DNA of 32,000 nt from Breznakia blatticola (lineage in GTDB: Bacteria > Bacillota_I > Bacilli_A > Erysipelotrichales > Erysipelotrichaceae). Of this stretch, positions 18,420 through 25,944 are shown in pieces (the first letter of the stretch is position 1; each line of letters starts with the position of its first letter). The position numbers were made by a program, and so were the translations under genes. Where the stretch lies: NCBI RefSeq assembly GCF_004365815.1, contig NZ_SODD01000004.1, positions 60,001 to 92,000 of the forward strand. Direction: 5' to 3'. Under the pieces are notes generated by a model. It had not been told where the DNA came from. It was given only the letters and a program-made list of their open reading frames with translations, and searched no databases.

Positions 18420-20630
18420 ATGGAAGACAAGTTGATCACGTTTGAAGAGGTTATGGATGAGGTAAAGGCCTATATTAAAAAGGAAGAAAACCTAAAACTT
18501 ATTCAAGATGCTTATGAATTCGCCGAAGAAAAACACCGGCCACAAAAAAGAAAAAGTGGTGCACCATATGTAGTGCACGTTTTACATGTGGCAAAAATAC
18601 TAGCTGATTTACGTACTGGTCCTAGTACGATTGCAGCTGGACTACTTCATGATGTGATTGAAGATTGTGGGGTCACTAAAGAAGAATTCATTGAACGATT
18701 TGGTCAAGAAGTATATATACTTGTTGAAGCAGTTACGAAAATTGGTTCCTTGAAATTCAGTGATGAAGAAGAATATTTAGCAAGTAATCACCGTAAGATT
18801 TTTATTGCGATGGCAAATGATGTTCGTGTCATTTTAATTAAACTTGCAGACCGTTTGCATAATATGCGTACACTGCAATTCATGAAGCCAGAAAAACAAA
18901 AGAAAATTGCACAAGAGACCTTAGATGTCTATGCACCAATTGCACACCGTTTAGGGATTAGTGAAATTAAAAATGAATTGGAAGATTTATCTTTCCATTA
19001 CTTAAATCCTGAAAAATACTATGAAATTGCCAAATTGGTAGAAAATAGAAAAAGTGAACGTGATGAACAAGTCCAAGAAATGATTCGCGAGTTTTCAAGT
19101 ATTCTTGAAGAACATAATTTACCATTCCGTATGTTTGGTCGCAGTAAACACTTATATAGTATCTACAAAAAGATGGTAAATAAAAATAAACGTTTTGAAG
19201 AAATCTTAGATTTACTTGCCATTCGCATTGTAACAAACACGGAAGTAGGTTGTTATGAGATACTTGGATATATCCACGCGAAATATACACCAATTCCTGG
19301 TCGTTTTAAAGATTATATCGCTATGCCAAAGATGAACATGTATCAAAGTTTGCATACGACGATTGTTGGAATAGAGGGAAATATTTTCGAAGTGCAAATC
19401 CGTACAGAAATGATGGATGATATTGCGGAACGTGGGGTTGCTGCGCACTGGCGTTATAAAGAAAACTCAAACTATGTACCAAACCAACAACAAAAAGAAA
19501 TAGAAGAACAACTACACTTCTTCAAAGATTTCCAATTGATGAGTGAAGATGTAAATGAAGATGCAAAATCATTTATGAATTTGATTTCTAAAGACATCTT
19601 TGAAGCAAATGTATATGTGATGAGTCCAAAAGGAAAAGTTATTGCACTACCAAGTGGATCGACACCACTGGATTTTGCATACCGTATCCATACAGAAGTT
19701 GGTCACCAAACCATTGGTGCAACAGTTAATGGTGTATTGGTTCCTTTAAATACACAACTAAAAACGGGTGATGTTGTTAACATCAAAACAAATAAGAATT
19801 CAAAACCAAGTGAAGATTGGCTAAAAATTGTAAAATCAAATCATGCGAAAAACAAAATTCGTTCCTATTTCCAACGCATCAAACAAGAAGAAAAAGAAGA
19901 AGGTGCAGAAAAAGGAAAGAAAATGCTAGAGGATGAATTACGTAAACGTGGTTATGAAACTAAAGACTATATGGTGAATCGTCATCTTGAAAATCTAGCT
20001 GGTCAATTTAAAATGCATACATTAACGGATTTGTATTACGCAATATTTGTTAAGGCGTTGCCATTACAAAATGCGATTGAAAAATTGACACACCAAAAAG
20101 CTGGAGCTGGTGAAACGGGAAGTAAAGATATCGAGTTCAAAACACACGCACCAACGAAAAAGGAACTTAAAGAACAAAGTTCAAGTAAGTATGGAGTGCA
20201 TGTTCCAGGTATTGACAGTATTGTTATTAGTTTGGCACCATGTTGTTCGCCTGTGCCTGGTGATGATATTGTTGGATATATTACCAAAGGGCAAGGGGTT
20301 AAAGTTCACCGTAAAGATTGTCCGAATGTACAAGATCTAAAAGAACGTCTAATTGATGTGGAGTGGGAAGATAATCGTACTGTAAAAAACTATCCAGTAC
20401 ATCTTGTTATTCATTCTACAGATCGCAATTTCTTATTAAGTGATATTGTCACGGTATCTAGTCAAAGCAAAGTAGGAATGCAACATGTGGATAGTAAAGT
20501 AAATGAAGATGGAATTCATGCAACAACAAAATTAACTGTTCTTGTACAAAATCTTGATCAATTGCAAAATTTAATGACAAACTTAAAGAAAGTAACAAGT
20601 GTAAACTCAGTAGAACGTGTAATTCTATAG
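18420..20630 (+). CDS. relA: Bifunctional (p)ppGpp synthetase/hydrolase Rel (RelA/SpoT homologue)
   Basis: HD hydrolase domain (H..QKRKSG.PY..H...VA..L, LHDVIED), synthetase core (RIVT...CY..LG..H..Y.P.PGRFKDYIA.PK.N.YQSLHTT, EVQIRT), TGS domain and C-terminal ACT-like domain. Confidence 0.95.
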   Translation: MEDKLITFEEVMDEVKAYIKKEENLKLIQDAYEFAEEKHRPQKRKSGAPYVVHVLHVAKILADLRTGPSTIAAGLLHDVIEDCGVTKEEFIERFGQEVYILVEAVTKIGSLKFSDEEEYLASNHRKIFIAMANDVRVILIKLADRLHNMRTLQFMKPEKQKKIAQETLDVYAPIAHRLGISEIKNELEDLSFHYLNPEKYYEIAKLVENRKSERDEQVQEMIREFSSILEEHNLPFRMFGRSKHLYSIYKKMVNKNKRFEEILDLLAIRIVTNTEVGCYEILGYIHAKYTPIPGRFKDYIAMPKMNMYQSLHTTIVGIEGNIFEVQIRTEMMDDIAERGVAAHWRYKENSNYVPNQQQKEIEEQLHFFKDFQLMSEDVNEDAKSFMNLISKDIFEANVYVMSPKGKVIALPSGSTPLDFAYRIHTEVGHQTIGATVNGVLVPLNTQLKTGDVVNIKTNKNSKPSEDWLKIVKSNHAKNKIRSYFQRIKQEEKEEGAEKGKKMLEDELRKRGYETKDYMVNRHLENLAGQFKMHTLTDLYYAIFVKALPLQNAIEKLTHQKAGAGETGSKDIEFKTHAPTKKELKEQSSSKYGVHVPGIDSIVISLAPCCSPVPGDDIVGYITKGQGVKVHRKDCPNVQDLKERLIDVEWEDNRTVKNYPVHLVIHSTDRNFLLSDIVTVSSQSKVGMQHVDSKVNEDGIHATTKLTVLVQNLDQLQNLMTNLKKVTSVNSVERVIL

Positions 20631-20651
20631 TTTCAAAAATAGAGGGATATT

Positions 20652-21539
20652 ATGTCACTTATCTTATCGATTATTACAGCGATAGTCTTTTTGATACTAT
20701 CACTAATCATTGAACATACAGTAGCTACTATCGTGGTAACTACTGTTTTTGCTATTCTTATGATGATTTTATATGTAAGTGTGACGAAAGATCATAAAAA
20801 ACGTCTTGCAAATGATCCAGTTTATCAAGCAATCGTTACATCACTAAAGATTGAACAAACAACAGGATCACCTAAATATATCTATTCTATTCGTATTGAT
20901 TTTAATGGACAGTATATAGGAGATATTCAAGAAACATATACAAGGGAAGTATTTGCAATCGACGATACTTTTGATGTATACATTGAAAAAGACAAACAAG
21001 ATACGATTACACGTATGTATCGAGTAGAAGATACAAAAGATTTAGCGAAACAAGCATGGTCATTTTATATCCTAGTAGCACTTCTAATCATCGCAAGTGT
21101 TGTATCACTAACAAGCGATACAAGCGAACTTGAAATCTTTGGTCAAGGGTTTCGTAATGTGATATTTGCATTATTATCGTTAGTCATTGCAATCACTTCA
21201 TTTTCTATGTATTTTGATGTGAAACAAAATCGATTGGTGTCTGTGCAAGCTAAAATTACTAAACTAACTGAAGTTACTAGAATACGTAGTGATGATCATT
21301 CGTCTTATGAGGTAACTTTTGTACATCCACTTTATAGTATAGAAGTTGATGGAAAACACTATGAATATATGGGACTATCGCAAGCAAAAAGTGATGATGT
21401 TATTGGTGTGTATAAAACAATTTATTATAATCCAGATACAATGCACTTCTTTGATGAGGATTCAACAAACCCAACAAAAAACTTAGTGATTGGGATTTGT
21501 GCGATTGCATGTATGCTTTTTTGTCTATTTATTTTGTAG
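20652..21539 (+). CDS. Polytopic membrane protein with two internally repeated (2 TM + beta-rich loop) modules, DUF3592-like
   Basis: The ORF starts 21 nt after the relA stop, with RBS AGAGGGA and no intervening terminator. Two TM pairs (res ~1-45 and ~145-190) are each followed by a ~90-aa loop of similar pattern (..Y.Y.I.VDG..Y...........V.IYYNP-like). A C-terminal TM closes the protein. Confidence 0.55.
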   Translation: MSLILSIITAIVFLILSLIIEHTVATIVVTTVFAILMMILYVSVTKDHKKRLANDPVYQAIVTSLKIEQTTGSPKYIYSIRIDFNGQYIGDIQETYTREVFAIDDTFDVYIEKDKQDTITRMYRVEDTKDLAKQAWSFYILVALLIIASVVSLTSDTSELEIFGQGFRNVIFALLSLVIAITSFSMYFDVKQNRLVSVQAKITKLTEVTRIRSDDHSSYEVTFVHPLYSIEVDGKHYEYMGLSQAKSDDVIGVYKTIYYNPDTMHFFDEDSTNPTKNLVIGICAIACMLFCLFIL

Positions 21540-21551
21540 AATACAAGTTAG

Positions 21552-21580
21552 TTGCTTCTTAGGTTGGATAGTTGTATAAT
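21552..21580 (+). promoter_or_regulatory. Sigma-A-type promoter for the TMEM175-like gene
   Basis: TTGCTT (21552-21557), 17 nt spacer, TATAAT (21575-21580). Confidence 0.55.
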
Positions 21581-21603
21581 TGCAAGCATGTTGAGGTAGT
21601 ATT

Positions 21604-22254
21604 ATGAATAGAAAAACTAGAAAAAAGATCCATGATCATAACTTTCCAAAAGAATCTTTTGACTGGTTAAAAGAAAAAGCAGTTACCTTTAGTGATGCTG
21701 TAATCGCAATTATCATCACAGTCATGGTATTGGAAATACCAATCCCAGCGCAAACAAGTGAGTACACAGACTTTATAAAATCCATTATTGTGTTTCTTAT
21801 AAGTTTCTTTATTATCGCTTATTTTTGGATTTCTTATCATCGTATCATGAATGGTATTCATGCATTTACTAAATCTATATTAGTAATCAATTTTATCTTT
21901 TTAGCCTTACTAGCTTTGTTGCCAGTAATAAGTAAATGGGTTATGTTTTCAGGAAATACAACATCAGTGATGTGCTATGGAATATTGTATCTGATTGTGC
22001 AGTTGATACTGCTTTTCATGTTATATCAAGTAGTAGCATCTGGTGTAAATAGAACGGATAATCTTCAAATCTTACGTCATTTATTTTTTGGGCGCATGTA
22101 CTTGAATTTATTACTAAATGTTATTTTAATCGCACTTGCAAATGTTGCTCATGATGTTATTATGGTGCTATATTTAGCAATGCCAATTGTATCATTTTTC
22201 TTCTTGCCGTTAAGTCGTAATCAAGAAAATGATAAAAAACCATTAGTTTCATAA
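21604..22254 (+). CDS. TMEM175/DUF1211-family putative K+ channel
   Basis: Six predicted TM helices. TM1 carries the family signature (K)xxxFSDAVIAIIITVMVLE. Confidence 0.7.
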   Translation: MNRKTRKKIHDHNFPKESFDWLKEKAVTFSDAVIAIIITVMVLEIPIPAQTSEYTDFIKSIIVFLISFFIIAYFWISYHRIMNGIHAFTKSILVINFIFLALLALLPVISKWVMFSGNTTSVMCYGILYLIVQLILLFMLYQVVASGVNRTDNLQILRHLFFGRMYLNLLLNVILIALANVAHDVIMVLYLAMPIVSFFFLPLSRNQENDKKPLVS

Positions 22255-22283
22255 TTGTAAAACAACCACTTTATTAGTTGACG

Positions 22284-22312
22284 TTGACGAAAAATTAATG
22301 AAGTGGTATTAT
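22284..22312 (+). promoter_or_regulatory. Sigma-A promoter for the TetR/hemolysin-III operon
   Basis: TTGACG (22284-22289; a second TTGACG copy lies at 22278-22283), 17 nt spacer, extended -10 TGgTATTAT (22304-22312). Confidence 0.55.
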
Positions 22313-22324
22313 AATACTGCCATA

Positions 22325-22336
22325 TCGGTCGACCGA
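22325..22336. promoter_or_regulatory. Perfect 12-bp GC-rich palindrome TCGGTCGACCGA, candidate TetR operator
   Basis: Read directly. It lies just downstream of the predicted -10 and transcription start, and 10 nt upstream of the TetR RBS. The GC-rich composition stands out from the AT-rich surroundings. Confidence 0.4.
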
Positions 22337-22357
22337 CCGACTGGTAGAGGAGTAGTT

Positions 22358-22954
22358 ATGAGTAAAAAAGAAAAAAAGAAACATGAAGTTGAAGTGTTAG
22401 AAACAAAAAATGAAGAAGAAAAAGTTCTTGTTGATATGCGAACACATATTCTACGTGTTGCAACTGACTTGATGATGAAACAGGGAATCAAGGAAACAAG
22501 TTTAAAAGATATCGCGAAAACTGCTGGCATTTCAAAAGGAACGCTATATTATTACTATTCAGCTAAAAATGATATTATATTAGATATTTCCGATTTCAAT
22601 TTAAAGGGAATTACTGATGGTATTTTTGAAAATGTAAAAGACAGTGATTCTGTAGAAACCATACTCTCGACGATTATGAAGAAAGTGTTGCATGCAGATC
22701 AAAGAGCGAAATTGCATGTTCATTTACTCAGTCAAGCAATTGTTGGTGATGAAGAGTTAGCAAAGCGTTTTCAAAGTATTTATGATCAGTGGCATCATCA
22801 ACTTGCCACTATCCTAAAAGATCGTCTACCAAATCATAATGTCGATGCATTTGTGTATATTCTTGTAGGTAGTGTAAATGGATTGATGATGCAAAAGTTA
22901 ATTAGTGATGAAGAATATCCAGTTGATACAATTGTGAAAGAGATGGTGAGATAA
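22358..22954 (+). CDS. TetR/AcrR-family transcriptional regulator
   Basis: HTH ETSLKDIAKTAGISKGTLYYYYSAKNDI. The start is taken at ATG 22358, 5 nt after GAGGAG (22347-22352). The ORF-track start at 22298 lies inside the promoter. Confidence 0.85.
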   Translation: MSKKEKKKHEVEVLETKNEEEKVLVDMRTHILRVATDLMMKQGIKETSLKDIAKTAGISKGTLYYYYSAKNDIILDISDFNLKGITDGIFENVKDSDSVETILSTIMKKVLHADQRAKLHVHLLSQAIVGDEELAKRFQSIYDQWHHQLATILKDRLPNHNVDAFVYILVGSVNGLMMQKLISDEEYPVDTIVKEMVR

Positions 22955-23647
22955 ATGGAGCAAGCAATGATGAGAAAACAAAGTAAATTAGATGCAATAA
23001 CAATTCCACCATATACAAAAGGTGAAGAAATTTTTAATATGGTTAGTCATATCGTTGGTGGTGTATTAGGGATAGTTGCAACAGTTTTATGCGTAGTGAT
23101 AGCTGCAAGACATCAAAATGGATATGGTATTGTTAGTGGTGCAATCTTTGGGTCAACTATGATTTTGCTTTATACAACAAGTAGTGTCTATCATGGTTTG
23201 AGTCCACGTTTAAAAGCCAAGAAAGTATTTCGTATTCTAGATCACTGCGCGATCTATCTACTAGTTGCAGGAACGTATACACCAATAGCTTTATGTACGA
23301 TTCGTGAATATGATAATCAACTTGGATGGACACTTTGTATTGCGATTTGGCTAGTAGCGATTGCTGGTATGATATTAACAGCTTCAAAGTTTAAAAAGTT
23401 TCAAATACTAGAAGTAATTATATATCTAGCAATGGGATGGAGTGTTTTACTTGCTAAAGATGCAGTTCTTACTGGAGTTGGTTTTACTGGATTACTATAT
23501 ATGTTAATTGGTGGTATTGCATACTCGATTGGTGTTATTTTCTATGCCCTAGGAAAAAAGATGAAATACTCGCATTCGATTTTCCATTTATTTATTCTAG
23601 TTGGTAGTTTCTTTCATTTTCTTGCAATTGTACTATATGTAATGTAA
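22955..23647 (+). CDS. Hemolysin-III / PAQR-family (YplQ-like) 7-TM membrane protein
   Basis: Motifs EEIFNMVSHIVG, SSVYH, LDHCAIY and HSIFHLF, with 7 TM helices. The ATG abuts the TetR stop codon (TAAATG). Confidence 0.85.
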   Translation: MEQAMMRKQSKLDAITIPPYTKGEEIFNMVSHIVGGVLGIVATVLCVVIAARHQNGYGIVSGAIFGSTMILLYTTSSVYHGLSPRLKAKKVFRILDHCAIYLLVAGTYTPIALCTIREYDNQLGWTLCIAIWLVAIAGMILTASKFKKFQILEVIIYLAMGWSVLLAKDAVLTGVGFTGLLYMLIGGIAYSIGVIFYALGKKMKYSHSIFHLFILVGSFFHFLAIVLYVM

Positions 23648-23702
23648 TTACATTATGCGATTGCATGTCAATTTGCTAAAATAACAGTAAAGGAGATAGA
23701 CG

Positions 23703-23912
23703 ATGAGTAAATACGATGTATTATGGAAATATGTAAGTACTAGTGAAGAGAAATGCTTGGTTCTATCTTATGAAGATATACTCTCTATAACTGGAATTCC
23801 AATTGATCATTCATTTCTAACCTACAAAAAGGAATGTTGTAATTATGGTTATGAGGTCAATAAAATATCACTAAAGAATAAAACGGTTGAGTTTAAGAAA
23901 ATTGAGAAGTAA
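23703..23912 (+). CDS. Small (69 aa) hypothetical cytoplasmic protein
   Basis: Good RBS AAGGAG 8 nt upstream. I have seen the MSKYD.LW.Y.....E..L.LS..DI..I.G..IDHSFL.YKKE....GY.V.KISLK.K.V.F.K pattern in other Bacillota orphan proteins. Function unknown. Confidence 0.55.
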   Translation: MSKYDVLWKYVSTSEEKCLVLSYEDILSITGIPIDHSFLTYKKECCNYGYEVNKISLKNKTVEFKKIEK

Positions 23913-23960
23913 AGCAGCATGCAAAGCGCAAACGAATATGATTCATTTAAAACTTCGATT

Positions 23961-23991
23961 ATGTAATGTGAGCATTTCATTGTTTTTTTTT
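23961..23991 (+). terminator. Weak AT-rich intrinsic terminator after the 69-aa gene
   Basis: ATGTAAT (23961-23967) pairs with ATTTCAT (23974-23980) with one mismatch, followed by a T9 run (23983-23991). Confidence 0.4.
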
Positions 23992-24014
23992 ACTAAGCGT
24001 GGTAATATATTCAC

Positions 24015-24220
24015 ATATATCGAAGAAAAAGAGCTTTATGTAAGTAGTCTCTAGAGAAGAAACGGTTGGTGAAAGTTTCTGATAAACTACATAAAGGACG
24101 CTTTGGAGATGCTAGTTAATCCTAGCCGTTAGCCAACGTTACAGGTCTTGAGTGCATGTATGTATACATGAACTAAGGTGGTACCGCGTATAAACGTCCT
24201 TAGAAGTAAGGACGTTTTTC
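24015..24220 (+). promoter_or_regulatory. T-box leader with intrinsic terminator controlling tfoX_N-like/hisS/aspS
   Basis: Extended -10 TGgTAATAT at 24000-24008. AGAGA is at 24053-24057, with distal stem and loop gaaac-GGTTGGTGAAA-gtttc. Specifier candidates are GAC (24097-24099) and CAU (24090-24092). Stem III is catgta/tacatg. T-box AACTAAGGTGGTACCGCG is at 24171-24188, with UGGU at 24179-24182. A perfect 10-bp terminator, AACGTCCTTA (24193-24202) with TAAGGACGTT (24207-24216), is followed by a T run. Confidence 0.9.
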
Positions 24221-24276
24221 TTTTAGATATATACATAAATGTTGTAATTACTAATATAATGAAAGGAAGTGAGTAG

Positions 24277-24600
24277 ATGGCAACAACAGTAGACTATATA
24301 GAATTTGTGATGGATCAACTTCACATTCCATATGAAACACGACATCGTAAGATGTTTGGTGAATACATGGTATATGCAAATGATAAACCCATATTACTCG
24401 TTTGTGATAATACCGTGTTTGTAAAAAAACATCCGCAATTAGAAGAACTTATGAAAGATGCCAGTTGTGGTCTTCCTTATCCATCTGCTAAAGAACATTA
24501 TGTATTGGATATTGAAAATCGCGAACTTGTTGAAGCGGTAATTGAAATACTGGAAGAAGTTACTCCAGTACCAAAGAAAAGAAAGAAAAAAGGAGAATAA
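24277..24600 (+). CDS. TfoX N-terminal-domain family protein (stand-alone, 107 aa)
   Basis: The core RKMFGEYMVYANDKPILLVCDNTVFVKK....L...........Y.......Y..L matches the TfoX_N pattern (MFGG.g.y..g..fa...d..ly.K). It has a lysine-rich tail. The stop is 1 nt before the hisS ATG. Confidence 0.65.
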   Translation: MATTVDYIEFVMDQLHIPYETRHRKMFGEYMVYANDKPILLVCDNTVFVKKHPQLEELMKDASCGLPYPSAKEHYVLDIENRELVEAVIEILEEVTPVPKKRKKKGE

Positions 24601-24601
24601 G

Positions 24602-25936
24602 ATGAAGCAATTTCAAAACCCGAGAGGGACTAATGATATCCTTCCTAAAGATATAAAGAAATGGCACGCAATTGAAGATGTGATTCGTCAATTTTGCATG
24701 CTTTATGATTATGAAGAAATTCGTACACCAATGTTTGAAGACACTGCAGTTTTTAAACGTGAAAATGATAGCAGTGATGTTGTAAATAAGGAGATGTATA
24801 CATTTTCCATTAATGGAAAAGACTCTTTAACATTACGCCCAGAAATGACTGCAAGTGTTGTACGTAGCTTTGTACAACACAAGATGTTTGGTGAAGGTGA
24901 TTTACCAAAAAAATTATACTATGTAGGACCAATGTTCCGCTATGAACGCCCACAAAAGGGAAGACAGAGAATCTTCCACCAATTTGGCGTTGAAGTTATT
25001 GGTGCGAAAAATCCATACCTTGATGTTGAAACAATTGCCTTAGGATATTCTATTGTTTCTGCGTTAGGAATGAGCGAATTAAAAGTATTAGTGAATACAC
25101 TTGGTGATAATGAAAGTCGTGAAGCGTATCGTAAAGCATTGAAAGAACACTTTGAAAAAGATATCGATAACATGTGTGCGGATTGTAAACGTCGTTTACA
25201 ACAAAACCCACTGCGTTTATTGGATTGTAAAATTGATGCCAACCGTGAATCGATGAAAACAGCACCAAGAATTGAAGATTACTTAACTGAAGAAAGTAAA
25301 GCGTACTTTGAAGCAGTCTGCGAAGGACTTGATGGACTTGGAATTCCATATGAAATCGAAGATCGTTTGGTACGTGGACTAGATTACTATACAGATACGG
25401 TATTTGAAGTTGTATCAACAAATAAAGAGATGGGTAGTCAATCTACTGTTTTTGGTGGCGGACGCTATGATGGTCTTGTCGAATACTTTGGTGGTCCAGA
25501 GCTATCAGGAATTGGATTTGCTATGGGTATGGAACGTCTATTAATCGCTTTAGAAGGTGAAGGCGTAGAACTTGGTGAAGAAAAAACACTAGATGCTTAT
25601 GTATTAAGCTTAAGTCCAAATACATCATTTACTGCATTACAATTAGTTACAGAATTACGAGCTGCAGGATACACAAGTGAAAGAGATTATTTAGATCGTT
25701 CATTTAAGGCACAATTTAAGAGCGTAGAGCGTAAAAATGCAAAAGTAGCTGTAATTGTCGGTGAAAAAGATTTAATTGAAGGAAATGTGACTGTGAAGGT
25801 GATTGAGAGCCAAGAAAACTTTACTGTACCTGTAAATCAAGTGGTTGATTTGATGGATGAATTATTTCAAAGTGAAGATGAACACGAATGTCACTGTGAA
25901 GATGGAAACTGTGAATGTCACAGCCATCATGAGTAG
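24602..25936 (+). CDS. hisS: Histidyl-tRNA synthetase with C-terminal Cys/His-rich tail
   Basis: PRGTNDILP, LRPEMTA, FHQFGVEVIG and GGGRYDGL. The start is at ATG 24602, after AAAGGAG (24589-24595). The ORF-track start at 24542 overlaps the upstream gene. The tail is EHECHCEDGNCECHSHHE. Confidence 0.95.
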   Translation: MKQFQNPRGTNDILPKDIKKWHAIEDVIRQFCMLYDYEEIRTPMFEDTAVFKRENDSSDVVNKEMYTFSINGKDSLTLRPEMTASVVRSFVQHKMFGEGDLPKKLYYVGPMFRYERPQKGRQRIFHQFGVEVIGAKNPYLDVETIALGYSIVSALGMSELKVLVNTLGDNESREAYRKALKEHFEKDIDNMCADCKRRLQQNPLRLLDCKIDANRESMKTAPRIEDYLTEESKAYFEAVCEGLDGLGIPYEIEDRLVRGLDYYTDTVFEVVSTNKEMGSQSTVFGGGRYDGLVEYFGGPELSGIGFAMGMERLLIALEGEGVELGEEKTLDAYVLSLSPNTSFTALQLVTELRAAGYTSERDYLDRSFKAQFKSVERKNAKVAVIVGEKDLIEGNVTVKVIESQENFTVPVNQVVDLMDELFQSEDEHECHCEDGNCECHSHHE

Positions 25937-25944
25937 GAGAGAGT

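Noticed and set aside
22298-22357. A 20-codon N-terminal extension of the TetR gene given by the ORF track (start at 22298).
   Set aside because: That ATG lies between the predicted -35 and -10 elements, and the extension would read through the promoter and the palindrome. ATG 22358 has a proper GAGGAG RBS.
22955-23647. Reading the hemolysin-III family gene as a secreted virulence toxin.
   Set aside because: It is a 7-TM integral membrane PAQR protein with no signal for export. The family name is historical, and a membrane-homeostasis role is more plausible.
24255-24260. A TATAAT hexamer downstream of the T-box terminator as an internal, T-box-independent promoter for tfoX_N-like/hisS.
   Set aside because: There is no acceptable -35 at 16-18 nt (TACATA at best) and no TG extension. 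I keep it only as a caveat for the operon interpretation.
24542-24601. A 20-codon N-terminal extension of hisS overlapping the tfoX_N-like gene.
   Set aside because: HisRS homology begins at MKQFQNPRGTNDILP (ATG 24602), which has its own AAAGGAG RBS. The extension is only the alternative frame of the upstream gene's lysine-rich tail.
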